Positions 1 to 11,800 of a stretch of DNA of 64,000 bases are shown piece by piece; the first letter of the stretch is position 1; each line of letters opens with the position of its first letter. The stretch covers positions 7,408 to 71,407 of the forward strand of contig JAZSDU010000053.1 in assembly GCA_045531335.1 (NCBI GenBank), given 5' to 3'. This DNA comes from Clostridia bacterium. GTDB lineage: Bacteria > Bacillota > Clostridia > TANB77 > CAG-508. A model generated the notes under the pieces. The model made no database searches. It saw only the letters and a program-made list of their open reading frames with translations, and had not been told where the DNA came from. A program made the translations under genes and the position numbers.

Positions 1-1438
1 TTACCCAATCTGTAATGTTTGCAAGTGGACTTTCTCCATCTTCTGTAGGTTCATATTCTGCAACATCTGGAAGAAGTAATGGTAAATCTTCTTCTTTCAT
101 AGGTTGCCATCCACATTTTTCACAATAAATCATAGGAATTGGCTCTCCCCAGAATCTTTGACGTGAGAATACCCAGTCTCTCATTTTGTAATTATTAACT
201 TTTCTAGCAATTCCTTCTTTAACTAATTTATCTGTAATTGCAACTTTAGCTTCTTCAACAGTAAGACCAGTAAATTCTTCAGAGTTAACTAATTTACATC
301 CTTTACCTAAATAATCTTGTTTTTCAAAAGCACAAGTATCAGTTTCTCTTCCATCAATTACTTGAATCATTTCTAGGTTGTGTTCAATTGCATATTCAAA
401 GTCTCTTTGGTCATGACTTGGAACTGCCATAACAGCACCTGTTCCATAATCACCTAAAACGAAATCACCTAAGAATATTGGAACTTCTTTTCCATTAACA
501 GGATTTATAGCTTTTATTCCTTTAACTAAACAACCGGTTTTTCCTTTGTTTAGCTCTGTTCTATCCATACTTGATTTTTTAGCTGTTTCAGCAATATATG
601 CATTTACTTCATCTTTATTTTCAACTCTTGGCATTAATTCTTTTATTAATTTTCCATCAGGAGCAATAACAAAGAATGTAATACCATAAATTGTTTCAAT
701 ACAAGTTGTAAATACAGAGAATTTTCCTCCACCAACTATATCAACATCTAATTCAACACCAGTAGATTTACCAATCCAATTAATTTGACCAAGTTTTACT
801 CTATCTGCAAAATTTGTATCATCAAGACCTTTTAATAAATCTTCTGAATAGTCACTCATTCTAAGCATCCATTGAGATTTTTCTTTTTGAACAACAGAAT
901 CCCCACATCTTTCACAAACTCCACCAGCAGCATCTTCATTAGATAAAACTGATTTACAAGTTGGGCACCAGTTAACTGGAACTGTATCTTTATATGCCAT
1001 TCCGTGTTTATAGAATTGTAAGAATTGCCATTGAGTCCATTTATAGTAATCGGGATCTGTTGTAGAAAATTCTCTAGACCAGTCAAAAGAGAATCCTAAA
1101 TCTTTCATTTGCCCTTTAAAGTTTCTAATACTTTCTTGTACAGCAGCTTTCGGATGAATATGATTTTTTATTGCATATTGTTCAGCAGGAGCTCCAAAAG
1201 CATCCCAACCCATTGGATATAGAATGTTATATCCTTGCATTCTTTTCATTCTAGCAAGCGCATCCTGTGCAGTATAGCTTCTTACATGACCAACATGCAG
1301 ACCAGCTGCTGAAGGGTAAGGGAACTCAACCAATATATAATAAGGAGTTTTTTTATCTCCAGTATCTGCTTTAAAAGTTTGATTTTCATCCCAATAGTTT
1401 TGCCATTTCTTTTCAATTTCTTTGTGATTATATTCCAT
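1..1438 (-). CDS. leuS: leucyl-tRNA synthetase, N-terminal ~479 codons (gene runs off the left edge)
   Basis: Minus-strand translation from ATG at 1438 gives MEYNHKEIEKKWQNYWDENQTFKA..FPYPSAAGLHVGHVRSYT (HIGH-type motif) and WCPTCKSVLSNED..CERCG. A GGAGAG SD lies upstream. Confidence 0.92.
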   Translation of the reverse strand, partial: MEYNHKEIEKKWQNYWDENQTFKADTGDKKTPYYILVEFPYPSAAGLHVGHVRSYTAQDALARMKRMQGYNILYPMGWDAFGAPAEQYAIKNHIHPKAAVQESIRNFKGQMKDLGFSFDWSREFSTTDPDYYKWTQWQFLQFYKHGMAYKDTVPVNWCPTCKSVLSNEDAAGGVCERCGDSVVQKEKSQWMLRMSDYSEDLLKGLDDTNFADRVKLGQINWIGKSTGVELDVDIVGGGKFSVFTTCIETIYGITFFVIAPDGKLIKELMPRVENKDEVNAYIAETAKKSSMDRTELNKGKTGCLVKGIKAINPVNGKEVPIFLGDFVLGDYGTGAVMAVPSHDQRDFEYAIEHNLEMIQVIDGRETDTCAFEKQDYLGKGCKLVNSEEFTGLTVEEAKVAITDKLVKEGIARKVNNYKMRDWVFSRQRFWGEPIPMIYCEKCGWQPMKEEDLPLLLPDVAEYEPTEDGESPLANITDWV

Positions 1439-1574
1439 TTTTATCTCTCCAATCTGTTCAAATTCTTTATTCCGTAAATAATATTGAAAAGATTATATAA
1501 CAAAAAACAAAATAAATAAAGTAAAAACTATTAATTTTTGAAATTTTCTGATATAATAACGATATTATATACAT

Positions 1575-1696
1575 GAATTGGAATTTATATGATGAAAAAT
1601 ATTGTAGGGGCGGGTCTTGTGCCCGCCCGATGAATCAAAAAAACGGGCAGGCACAAGACCTGCCCCTACAGAAATTTAATTACACAAACAAAATTT
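1575..1696. mobile_element. MITE-like element, repeat family A (GTAG-hairpin doublet core at 1603-1670)
   Basis: Core is TGTAGGGGCGGGTCTTGTGCCCGCCC-16 nt-GGGCAGGCACAAGACCTGCCCCTACA, and each half is its own 7-bp GC hairpin. The AT-rich flanks GAATTGGAATTTATAT and ACACAAACAAAATTT resemble the terminal repeats of the copies at 40145 and 42686. Confidence 0.7.
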
Positions 1697-1712
1697 AGAA
1701 AGAAGGAATAAC

Positions 1713-2453
1713 ATGAGAGCATTAGTAACAGGAGCATCATCTGGACTAGGAAAAGAAATGGCAATATATTTAAGTGAGCAAGGGATAGGTGTAGTATTAG
1801 TCGCAAAAGATAGAGAAAAGTTAAAAGAAGTACAAAAAGAAATACAAACAAAATCAGAAATAATATGTGTAGATTTATCTGATGCACAAAATTGTATTGA
1901 TTTATATAAAAAAGTTGGAGACATAGATATATTAATAAACAACGCAGGCTTTGGAACAACAGGTAGTTTTACAGAAACAGATTATATAACAGAACTAAAC
2001 ATGATAAGCACAAATATATGTGCAGTGCACACACTTACAAAATTATATCTACATGAAATGAAAAAGAAAAATTCCGGATATATTTTAAATGTAGCATCAA
2101 TTGCAGGATTTATGCCAGGACCACAAATGGCTACATATCATGCTAGTAAGGCATATGTGCTAAACTTAACGCAAAGCATTTATGAGGAATTAAACCAAGA
2201 AGGATATGATATAAATATAAGTGCTTTGTGTCCAGGACCAATCGAAACACCATTTATAGAAAAAGCGAATGTAAAATTTAAAACAAAATTAATGACAGCA
2301 GAATATGTTGCAAGATATGCAATAGACAAAATGTTTGAAGGAAAGTATATGATTATACCGGGTGGAAACAATAAAATAATCAGATTTTTAAGCAAAATAG
2401 TTCCAGACAAATTAATAGGTAAAATAGTTTATAAAATGGAACAAGAAATGTAG
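1713..2453 (+). CDS. short-chain dehydrogenase/reductase (SDR) family oxidoreductase
   Basis: Contains TGASSGLG (TGxxxGxG), NNAGFG and YHASK (YxxxK). The TAG stop at 2451-2453 lies inside the repeat terminus TGTAGGGG. Confidence 0.85.
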   Translation: MRALVTGASSGLGKEMAIYLSEQGIGVVLVAKDREKLKEVQKEIQTKSEIICVDLSDAQNCIDLYKKVGDIDILINNAGFGTTGSFTETDYITELNMISTNICAVHTLTKLYLHEMKKKNSGYILNVASIAGFMPGPQMATYHASKAYVLNLTQSIYEELNQEGYDINISALCPGPIETPFIEKANVKFKTKLMTAEYVARYAIDKMFEGKYMIIPGGNNKIIRFLSKIVPDKLIGKIVYKMEQEM

Positions 2454-2500
2454 GGGCGTTATCGGTAAGGAATGCATATAAGGAATACCGAATTGCGCCC
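2449..2500 (+). repeat. family A repeat, single long-loop variant
   Basis: TGTAGGGGCG..(CGGTA..AAGGAAT..AAGGAATACCG)..GCGCCC. It is nearly identical to the copy at 47541. Confidence 0.7.
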
Positions 2501-2523
2501 GAAAACAAAATCATTGCAAACAT

Positions 2524-2592
2524 TGTAGGGGCGGGTCTTGTGCCCGCCCAATAAATGAAAAATTGTGGGCAGGCACAAGACCTGCCCCTACA
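2524..2592. repeat. family A repeat doublet (REPIN-like)
   Basis: Same hairpins as the 1603-1670 and 40181-40249 copies: TGTAGGGGCGGGTCTTGTGCCCGCCC..GGGCAGGCACAAGACCTGCCCCTACA. Confidence 0.8.
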
Positions 2593-2619
2593 AATAAAAC
2601 AAATGCAAGGAGGCATTTT

Positions 2620-3459
2620 ATGAAAATAGGTCTAGCATTATCAGGTGGAGGAATAAGAGGAGCTGCACATGTAGGCGCAATAAAAGCCCTAGAAGAGAAT
2701 GGAATAAAGATAGATGCAGTTGCTGGAACATCTGCAGGAAGTATAGTAGGAACATTATATGCAATGGGATATACTACTGATGAAATGTATAAATTGTTCA
2801 ATTATTTTTCAAAGTCTGTAATGAGTATATCTCCTAGGTATTTTTTGGGTGGAATAAAAGAGAAAAAAGGGATTCAATTAGGAGGGCTTACTTCAGGTGA
2901 AAATATTGAACTAGCAGTCGAAGAAGCTGCTAAAATAAAGAATATAAAAACTATAAATGATATAAAAATGCCTATAGCTATTCCTACAACAGACTTAATT
3001 ACAGATAGGGAAATAATTTTTACTAACAATCAAGATTTGCAAGGTGAAGAATATATACACAATATAGAGATTGGAAAAGCAGTACGTGCAAGCTGTAGCT
3101 TTCCAGGGATGTATGCTCCTCTAGAATATGATAAATATCAATTTGCAGATGGAGGAATATTTGATAATTTGCCAGCCTTACAAACTAGAAAACTAGGAGT
3201 AGACAAGGTAATATCTATAAAGTTTAAATTAAATTATCCGAGAAAACAAAGAACTTTATATAACATAGCAATGCAATCTATAGATTTAATGTCAGAAAAT
3301 CTAATAAAGGATTCAATAAAGGAAAGTGATTATATTATAGATATAGACCTAAAAGACGTAAAACCTTTTAGCATTAGCAAATTAGAATTTTGCTATCAAC
3401 AAGGATATTTACAAACATTAGACCATATAATTAAATTAAAAAAGGAATTGAATATGTAG
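2620..3459 (+). CDS. patatin-like phospholipase
   Basis: Contains GGGIRG (oxyanion), GTSAGS (GxSxG) and a later DGG. An AAGGAGG SD precedes ATG 2620. The track start at 2563 reads through the repeat and is rejected. The TAG stop lies inside TGTAGGGG at 3455. Confidence 0.88.
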   Translation: MKIGLALSGGGIRGAAHVGAIKALEENGIKIDAVAGTSAGSIVGTLYAMGYTTDEMYKLFNYFSKSVMSISPRYFLGGIKEKKGIQLGGLTSGENIELAVEEAAKIKNIKTINDIKMPIAIPTTDLITDREIIFTNNQDLQGEEYIHNIEIGKAVRASCSFPGMYAPLEYDKYQFADGGIFDNLPALQTRKLGVDKVISIKFKLNYPRKQRTLYNIAMQSIDLMSENLIKDSIKESDYIIDIDLKDVKPFSISKLEFCYQQGYLQTLDHIIKLKKELNM

Positions 3460-3485
3460 GGGCGGCTAGTAGCCGTCCGCGCTTC
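3455..3485 (+). repeat. family A repeat, single hairpin
   Basis: TGTAGGGGCGGCTAGTAGCCGTCCGC, that is GTAG followed by a GC hairpin. Confidence 0.6.
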
Positions 3486-3625
3486 GAAGAATTTTCTTAA
3501 AATTATTTAAAGCCAAAAATTTTCTTAAAATCATGCAAAAATTTATCGAATTTTGCAAAAAAACATCAAACAAAACTCTAGATTCTATTTTTTCCCGAAA
3601 AACGCTGAAAATATGCAAAAAACAC

Positions 3626-3654
3626 TTGAAAAAGTTAACATAAACGTTTATAAT
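3626..3654 (+). promoter_or_regulatory. sigma70-type promoter candidate for the giant surface-protein operon
   Basis: TTGAAA-17 nt-TATAAT, about 250 nt upstream of ATG 3902. Confidence 0.4.
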
Positions 3655-3901
3655 AATATATGTGAAATCATATATTTAAAACAAAACACATTGTTTTTAA
3701 AATGTCATAAAAATGTAATTTTTTAAAAAATAAGTCTGTGTTTTGTATTTCCGTATGCAGTTTTTACGTACTTTAATAAATTTTACTATTTACTAAAGAA
3801 AAGAGATATTGACATTAAACGATAAAAATGTAAGAATAATGCTATATTAATATATTTATAGCTAATTAAATATAATAATTTTATTTGGGAGGACATAAAG
3901 T

Positions 3902-6900
3902 ATGTTTAATTTTAAAAATTCAAATTCTGGAAAAATAAGAGTCAAATTGTTAGCAACACTGCTTGTATTAACTTTAACATTTGCTAATTTTGCATTAGTT
4001 GGTTCATATGTAGGCGAAGCAATTGCAGCAGAGATTGACTTATCAAAACAAACTGATGAAACAAATAGCAACAATGTAAAGTTTGATATTTATCTTGATG
4101 AAGTTAATAGAACTGTAAAAGAAAAAACAGCAGATATAAATTCACAAGAAATGAAGTTATATGTATCAATAAGTGTACAAGATGGAGGATATTTAAATAA
4201 CCCAGTAATAGAACTTGCAGATGCAAACTTTAAATTTAGAGATAATCCAAAACTAACAAGTGTTAAATTAGATTCAATACAATCAGGAAAAGGAATGTCA
4301 GCAGGAATTCCAATAGTAGCAAAAAATGATGAATCATATAATTTAGCTTTATTAAACATGCAAAGCCAAATAAGATTAACAGGAGAATATATTGATGCAG
4401 AAGGTAATGTAACAGAAATAGATACAACTAAAGCAGTAAAAATATCATGGACAACAGATTCAATTACTGCAGACGATATAGAACTAAACCAAAGTATAGT
4501 AACAAACAAAATATATGATATGGGTAAAGAAAATAAGAGAATTATTCAAACACTAGTAACATTAAAAGTAAAAGACAATAAAGCACCAATAGAAACAGCT
4601 TTAATAGAAATAAACAATCCGGCGATAGGAGTAGCGCCAGAATCAGTAAAAGTAGCTGGATATACTACTAAAGCAACTAATGGTAAAACACATCTAGAAT
4701 TTAATGATGGATTAACAAGCCAATGGGCATATAATACAGAAACAAATCTAGTATCTATAGTAACAAACAATGAAGCAAATGAACAAAATATAGTATCTTG
4801 GGAAAAAGATTGTGTAGATAAATATATTATTACATATGTATATAATGAAAATGCTGTAGTAGCACCATTTACTTGCGATTCAAAAGTTACAATGGGAATT
4901 CATGGAACAACAAATGTAATAGAAAAAACAAATACATTATCATTAGAAACATTAGAAGAAACAGGAGAAATAGTAACTTTAGATAGCAATATAACAAATA
5001 AGATATATAAAGGGAATATGTATTTAGGAGAAGAAACTACATATGAAACAAAATCTGATTTATATATTCCATATGCTGGTGCGACATATAAGATTGCAAT
5101 TGCAGATTTAGGAGATGAAATATCAGGTTTAGAACAAAAATCATATTATAAAACAACAAAAATCAATAAAGCAGATGCATTAAAAGTATTAGGAACAGGT
5201 GGAGAAATAGAGATACATGATTATACTGATGGTAAAGAAGGAGCAGAAATAGGAAAAATACTATTATCAGAACAATCAGAAGGAGACTATTATACTTTTT
5301 CTTATGACACAAAAATAAGCCAAATTCAAATCGTATTTACTCCAACTGTAGAAGATTCTATAATGAAATCTACTGAAGGAATAATAGAAATTATAAATGA
5401 AAAAGCAATAGAAGTAGAAAATATAGAAATAGTACCAGAAATAACAGAATTAACAACAAATCTAAAATTAATAGCATGTAATTTAGATTCTGAGCAAAGT
5501 ATAGATGCTAATATTACAAAAAAAGTAAGTATACTAGAACCTGCTTTAACATTTGATATATCATTAAGGGAAAATACTTTATCTACACAAATAGAAGATG
5601 AGATAGAAATTACAACAGAATTAAAAGCAGTTAATAGCAGTAATAAATTATTTAATAATCCTACAATTAAAATAGAATTACCTAAAGAAGTAACAGAAGC
5701 AAGTTTAGAAAATATAACACAAGTATTATATGACGACGAACTTACTTTAAACGGAGAAAAAGTAGAAATAGTAACAAATGAAGCTGGAAACAAAGAATTA
5801 GTAATAGTACTTGAAGGAGCACAAACAAAGTATAATACTTCAGCACAAAATGCTACTATAACAGCAAATTTAAAAGTAAAAGCAAATCAATTTGTAGCAG
5901 ATAAAAATGTAGAAATAAAAGCTACATGTATTAATAATGCACAAAGCGAAGACAACAAAGAAACAGTAGAAAGCAAAGAAAATGTAAAACTAGTATCTAA
6001 ATCAGGATTAATTACAAAAAATACTATTACAATAGGAGAAAATGTAATTGAAAAAATAAATCAAAACGCTGTAGATGCTAATATTTCAGAAAATACAAAT
6101 GCAACTATTAGTTCATCAATTATAAATAATTTTGGAGAAAATATTTCTAATATTAATATAGTAGGAAATATTCCAGAAGGAGTAACATTAACAAACGGTA
6201 TAGCAAGTAAAATTCAAGGAATAGAAGTTGCTTATTCAGAAGAAACAAATCCTGGAATAGATTCAGATAGTTGGAAAACAAAAATAACAGATGAAGAACT
6301 TGCTAAAATGAAATCTTTTAAAATAACTTTAGCAGAATTAGCAAATGGAAGCACAATAGATTTAAGCTATAGTGTAAATGCAAATATAGAAAATATTGAA
6401 ATAAATACAGCTTTAACAAATAATTTAACTATTGATTATGTAATAAATGAACAAGCAAAACAAGAAGAAATTGATTTTACTTTAAATATAGAAGAAGGAA
6501 CTAGTTCAGGAAATCCAACAGAACCTGAAGCCCCAGAAGTACCTGAAGGACAAAAGGCTATAATTACAATAGAACCAAAAACTACAACAAACACATTATA
6601 TGAAGGACAAATTGTAACATATGAAATTAAAGTAAGAAATACAAGTACAGAAACATTAAATAACGTTACATTAGATTATACTGTGCCACAACAAGCAGTG
6701 CTTACAGAACTTACATATGCACAAGGAACAGATATTGTATTTACAGATGATACAACAAGCACAAATAAAACATGGGTAATAGAAGCCATTAAGCCAAATG
6801 AAACAGTAAATAAAGAAGTTACATTAAGAATAATAGCTGAATCAAAAACTATGACAAATATTGCAGAGTTAAGAGATGAATCTAATAATGTAATTGCCAA

Positions 6901-8800
6901 TGATATATCTGTTACATCAATTGCAGAAGGAAAAATATCTGCTATATTATCAAGAAGGGCTAATATGGAATCTGCATTAACAGAAGGAGATTATATTCAA
7001 TATGTAGTGATAGTAAAAAATAATACTACAGAAAGCATGAGTAACGTAAAAATAACATCACAAGTTCCAAATCAAACTAAATGGGTAGAAGATTCAGAAC
7101 ATAACCAAAATTGGGCATATGATGAAAACTCTAATAAATTAGAATATACAATAAATACTTTAGAACCTGGACAAATATTAGATATAAGATTTGAAGTAGA
7201 AGTTGAGAATATACAAAACGGTATTTGCGAAGCTACAATAAATAATACTGCAATAGCTATTTTAGAGTCAGGAGAAGAATATGAAACAAATGTATATACA
7301 AGTTATGTATTAATGCCAAAATGGGATATACACATGACATCTACTCATAATGCTACATTAAACGAAGGAGATAATGTAAAATACATTATAACAGTAACCA
7401 ATACAGGTAAAACACCATCAACTATATCTGTCCAAGATATACTACCAGATGAGATTCAATTTAGAAAAGCAACATATTATACAAATCCAGAATACAAAAT
7501 AGAAGATACAATTATTAAAAAAGAAATAAATATTTCATATCCTGTAGAAGTAGGGGAAACATTAACACTAGAAATAGAAGGTGTAACATACGATTTAGAG
7601 GATAACGTTCCAAGTAAACAAATATCAAATGTTGCAAAAATAGATTTAGGAAAGAATGAGTACCTAGAAAGTGAAACAATAACAAATACAATAATAAATG
7701 ATGTAGTAGAGCCAGAAAATCCACAAGAACCAGAAAATCCTGAAAATCCAGACGAGCCGGGTGACCCAGAGGATCCTGAACAACCACAAAAACCAAATGG
7801 AGAAACATATTCAATATCAGGTTTAGCATGGTTTGATGAAAATAAAAATGGTATAAGAGATAACCAAGAAAAAATTATTCAAGCAGTAAAAGTTATGTTA
7901 TTAGATGTAAAAGGAAACAAAGTATCAGAAACAGTTACTTCACTTACAGGAACATATAAATTTAGTGATATAGCTAAAGGAGAATATATAGTAATATTTG
8001 ATTATGATGAATCAAAATATGCAGTTGCTAAATATCAAGTAAAAGACGCAAGCAATGAAAATAACTCAGATGTAATTTCTAAACAAATAAAATTAGATGA
8101 AGAAAATATTACAGTAGGTGTAACAGATATAATAAAAGTAGAAACAGAAGATATTGTAAATATAGATATAGGTTTAATACAAAATCCAAACTTTGACTTA
8201 AGCTTAAACAAATATATATCAAAAGTAGTAGTAACAAACAAGTCAGGAACATCTACATATACATATGAAGATACACAGCTTGCAAAAGTAGAAATTTCAG
8301 CAAAACAATTAGCAGGAACAGTATTATTGGTAGAATATGAAATAGAAGTATCTAATGAAGGTGATGTAGATGGATATGTAACAGACATTATAGATTATCT
8401 TCCAAAAGAGTTAGAGTTTAATTCAGAAATGAATACAGAATGGTATTTAGGAACAGATAATTACTTACATTACATGGCATTAGATCCACAAGCAATAGAA
8501 CCAGGAAAAACAAAAAGCGTAAAATTAGTATTAACAAAAACATTAAAATCAGATAGTACAGGAACAATTGAGAATACTGCAGAAATAGCACAAAGCGCAA
8601 ATTTAGAAGGACTATTAGAAACTGATTCTACATCTAATAATAAAAAAGATGGAGAAGATGACATTTCAAAAGCAAGTTTAATTGTTTCAATTAAAACAGG
8701 TAGTCCAATGATGTATATTGGAATTGTATTAGCAAGCATGATGATTTTAGGAATAGGAATTTATATAATAGATAAAAAAATTCTGAGAGTAAGAATATAG
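3902..8800 (+). CDS. giant surface/adhesin-like protein (1632 aa) with DUF11-like repeats, a SdrD-B/Cna-B-like domain and a C-terminal membrane anchor
   Basis: N-terminal signal peptide (LLATLLVLTLTFANFALVG). Repeats such as TLYEGQIVTYEIKVRNTSTETLNNVTLDYTVP. A P/E-rich linker EPENPQEPENPENPDEPGDPEDPEQP. GLAWFDENKNGIRDNQE..TGTYKFSDIAKGEYIV. The tail is SIKTGSP + TM + DKKILRVRI. Confidence 0.85.
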   Translation: MFNFKNSNSGKIRVKLLATLLVLTLTFANFALVGSYVGEAIAAEIDLSKQTDETNSNNVKFDIYLDEVNRTVKEKTADINSQEMKLYVSISVQDGGYLNNPVIELADANFKFRDNPKLTSVKLDSIQSGKGMSAGIPIVAKNDESYNLALLNMQSQIRLTGEYIDAEGNVTEIDTTKAVKISWTTDSITADDIELNQSIVTNKIYDMGKENKRIIQTLVTLKVKDNKAPIETALIEINNPAIGVAPESVKVAGYTTKATNGKTHLEFNDGLTSQWAYNTETNLVSIVTNNEANEQNIVSWEKDCVDKYIITYVYNENAVVAPFTCDSKVTMGIHGTTNVIEKTNTLSLETLEETGEIVTLDSNITNKIYKGNMYLGEETTYETKSDLYIPYAGATYKIAIADLGDEISGLEQKSYYKTTKINKADALKVLGTGGEIEIHDYTDGKEGAEIGKILLSEQSEGDYYTFSYDTKISQIQIVFTPTVEDSIMKSTEGIIEIINEKAIEVENIEIVPEITELTTNLKLIACNLDSEQSIDANITKKVSILEPALTFDISLRENTLSTQIEDEIEITTELKAVNSSNKLFNNPTIKIELPKEVTEASLENITQVLYDDELTLNGEKVEIVTNEAGNKELVIVLEGAQTKYNTSAQNATITANLKVKANQFVADKNVEIKATCINNAQSEDNKETVESKENVKLVSKSGLITKNTITIGENVIEKINQNAVDANISENTNATISSSIINNFGENISNINIVGNIPEGVTLTNGIASKIQGIEVAYSEETNPGIDSDSWKTKITDEELAKMKSFKITLAELANGSTIDLSYSVNANIENIEINTALTNNLTIDYVINEQAKQEEIDFTLNIEEGTSSGNPTEPEAPEVPEGQKAIITIEPKTTTNTLYEGQIVTYEIKVRNTSTETLNNVTLDYTVPQQAVLTELTYAQGTDIVFTDDTTSTNKTWVIEAIKPNETVNKEVTLRIIAESKTMTNIAELRDESNNVIANDISVTSIAEGKISAILSRRANMESALTEGDYIQYVVIVKNNTTESMSNVKITSQVPNQTKWVEDSEHNQNWAYDENSNKLEYTINTLEPGQILDIRFEVEVENIQNGICEATINNTAIAILESGEEYETNVYTSYVLMPKWDIHMTSTHNATLNEGDNVKYIITVTNTGKTPSTISVQDILPDEIQFRKATYYTNPEYKIEDTIIKKEINISYPVEVGETLTLEIEGVTYDLEDNVPSKQISNVAKIDLGKNEYLESETITNTIINDVVEPENPQEPENPENPDEPGDPEDPEQPQKPNGETYSISGLAWFDENKNGIRDNQEKIIQAVKVMLLDVKGNKVSETVTSLTGTYKFSDIAKGEYIVIFDYDESKYAVAKYQVKDASNENNSDVISKQIKLDEENITVGVTDIIKVETEDIVNIDIGLIQNPNFDLSLNKYISKVVVTNKSGTSTYTYEDTQLAKVEISAKQLAGTVLLVEYEIEVSNEGDVDGYVTDIIDYLPKELEFNSEMNTEWYLGTDNYLHYMALDPQAIEPGKTKSVKLVLTKTLKSDSTGTIENTAEIAQSANLEGLLETDSTSNNKKDGEDDISKASLIVSIKTGSPMMYIGIVLASMMILGIGIYIIDKKILRVRI

Positions 8801-8816
8801 GGAAGGAGGTAGAGAG

Positions 8817-11800
8817 ATGATGAAAAAAGTATTAATATCAGTATTGATTTTTATAGTGGCGTTTCTTAGTTTAAATATTATTAGTTTAGCTGAGAGTATT
8901 TCATTAGATAAGAATATTTTTTCTAAAAACAATGTTTTATGTATAGAGATTGGTAATTGGTTCCCAGGTGGTGCATACAATGTTAAGAAATTGTCCTATA
9001 TTGAAAGTGATGATGAAAAATTGAAAGCTTTTCAAAGTGGTCTTGGATATATATTATCATATGATAATAATTATAAGAGGAATAATGAACAAGGAGCTTA
9101 TGATACATATAATGACCCTATTCAACTTGTTTTATGGCTTTACCTAGACCAAAATCAAGAACAAGCTAGAAAGTTTTTTGGAAACTATGATTATGACCTT
9201 ACAACTAATACAGATGGATATTCTTGGGAGAGAGTTGTAAAAGACGATACAAACAAAATAATTTATAGAAAAGGTACAATTTATAATGATTATGGATCAG
9301 TAACACCTAGTAAAAATGGAGATAATAACAAATTAGCTTATAATATTTATAGCGAAGCAGAAAATGCATATAATCAAAAAGATAAATATGAATTCGATAT
9401 TAATTTATATTATAATAGCGACCACCAAGCTGTAATTGAAGTAAATACAGCTGAAAAAGATGATGGAGTAGATGTAAAATTAACTTTCAAAAAACAAGAC
9501 CTTAGTAGCAAGGGTGTATCAGGTGTAAATATTACTCTATCTAAACTAAGTAATGTTTCTTCAATATCAAGCACTTCCCTTACAAGTGCAGGTACTACTG
9601 GGAACTTTGGTACAATTACAGTAACACCAACTGAAAATAATGGTACTTTTAAAATAAGAGTAACAGAAACAGAACCATCTGCATATATGGGTATAGGATA
9701 CGTAGATTTAACAGTAAACTACAATACATCAACAGGTGCAGTTACAAGTATAACGGAAAACAATACAAATGTAACAAGTAGTGGTAGCACTGTTACAATA
9801 AAAAACAGACCAGCAGTTCAAATAAAATTTAATAAACAGAATTTTAGTAGTGGAAATTTGGCAGGAGCAATTATAAGTGTAGAAAAGGGAGATAATGTAG
9901 CAAGTATAAATAAAACTACTATGACTCTTGGAACTGATACGCTTATTGTAAAACCTACAGACCCTACTAAAGATACTTTTAAAATAAAAATAAATGAGAC
10001 AACAAATCCATTTGGACATATGGGAATAGGAGAAGAAGTAACTTTAACAGTAAGTTATGATCCAACAACAGGAGAAGTAAAAAGCATAACAAGTTCTAAT
10101 GAAACATATGTACCAAGTATTTCTGGAAATGGAACTCTTGTAGTAAAAAATAAACCTAAAGTAAATTTAACTATAAATAAAACAGATAAAGAAACTGGAT
10201 TAACTATTTCTGGAGCAAAATTTGATGTAAAAATTGAGAATGTAGCATCAGTAAAAATGTCAGGATATTCAGGTAATAATGGAGTAATAAATTCTAATAA
10301 TGGAACAATTATTTTAGAAGATGTTTTAGCAGGAAAAATTGAATTTGAAGAGATTCAAGGAAATGGCAGTGCTCAAGATATAAAAATAACACTTACAGAG
10401 ACTGAAGCGCCAACAGATTATGCGATAGAAAATCCAACAACAATTATTTATATAAAACAAGATTATTCACAATATAAAGTTAATAGTGGATCTTGGAAAA
10501 ATACATCTGCTGGAATAGCAGTTCCTATAAATATTACAAACAAACCAGCAATCACTTTAAGTGGAAAGGTTTGGGAAGATGCACAAGAAAAAGATAAAGA
10601 AGCAAACGTTCCTGATGGAGAAATAGATACTTCTGAAAGAGGATTGGCAAATGTACCAGTATATGTTTGCGATTCAACTGGAACAGTTTTAAATTATAAA
10701 AATGAATTAACAGGAAATAATAAAACAGATGCAAACGGAAATTATATATTTAAAGATTTACCTAAAACAGAACAAGGTTACAAAGTAATATTTAAATATG
10801 ATGGAATAAATTATCAAGAAACAAAAGCACAAGGAGCTAAGGGTAATGATTCAAAAGCAAATGAAGTAAATAGAACATCATTTAATAGCAAGTTTAAAAC
10901 AATAATTAATGGTGGAACAGAAAGTGGAATAAAATTAGGTTATGACTATAATGAAGGTAAATCAACATTAAAATCAAATATTGATGGAACAAACCCTGCA
11001 AATGGTAATGCAACAGATTTCCAAATGACTGCACAAACAGGTGTATATAAAACTACAACAGAAAATCTACACTGTGGACTTGCAAGAAAAGAGCTTGACT
11101 TAGCTGCAGTAATGCAAGTAGATAGTACAACATTAACAATAAATGACAAAACTACAAAATATGACCATACAAAAACAGTTATAGAAAATCTAGAGGAATT
11201 AGGAATTAAGGAATTAAACTATATAAAAAATGAAGGAGAGGTAACTACATACTTAGAGTATTCAGATTATTATTACAGAATAGAAGACTATAATACAAGC
11301 AGTACAGAAATAAAGAATGAAGACCCAAGCGATATTACAACTAATGTAAAAGAACTAGATGTATATGTAACTTATAAACTAGAATTAATAAATCAAACAA
11401 TAAATAATGGAGTAACAATAAATGAATTAGCATATTACTACGATAAAAACTATATATTAGAAGGAATAGGAACTGAAATTGATGCGACAGGTAAAGTAAT
11501 AAACAATTCAACTATAAAACATGAAGCATTATCAGATGAATTAGGAGATGCATTAGGAAAAAATGCAATTAAAGTATCAGGCTTTGATGGAGAATCAGGA
11601 AGCCAGGCTGTAATAGAAACTTTATACTTCACATTTAAAGTTAATAAAACAGAAGATGGATTACCAGAAGCAATTGCAACACCAAAAGGATTAAATTGTG
11701 CAAATGTAGTAGAAATCACATCATACAGTACAACTAATTCATTAATAGATAGAGACTCAGAGCCAGGAAATTTATTAATAAAAGGAACTGAAGACGATTC

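Noticed and set aside
1439-1602. T-box leader upstream of leuS
   Set aside because: The region is almost pure AT. It has no specifier/T-box (..GGUGGNACCGCG-like) sequence and no terminator/antiterminator pair on the minus strand.
2563-2619. Long N-terminal extensions of track ORFs that read through repeat elements (2563, 40239, 42838, 44977, 50792; also 42696-42917)
   Set aside because: The extensions translate the GC-rich repeats into Arg/Pro/Gly-rich junk and lack SDs. Clear SD + ATG starts exist downstream at 2620, 40311, 42904, 45076 and 50822.
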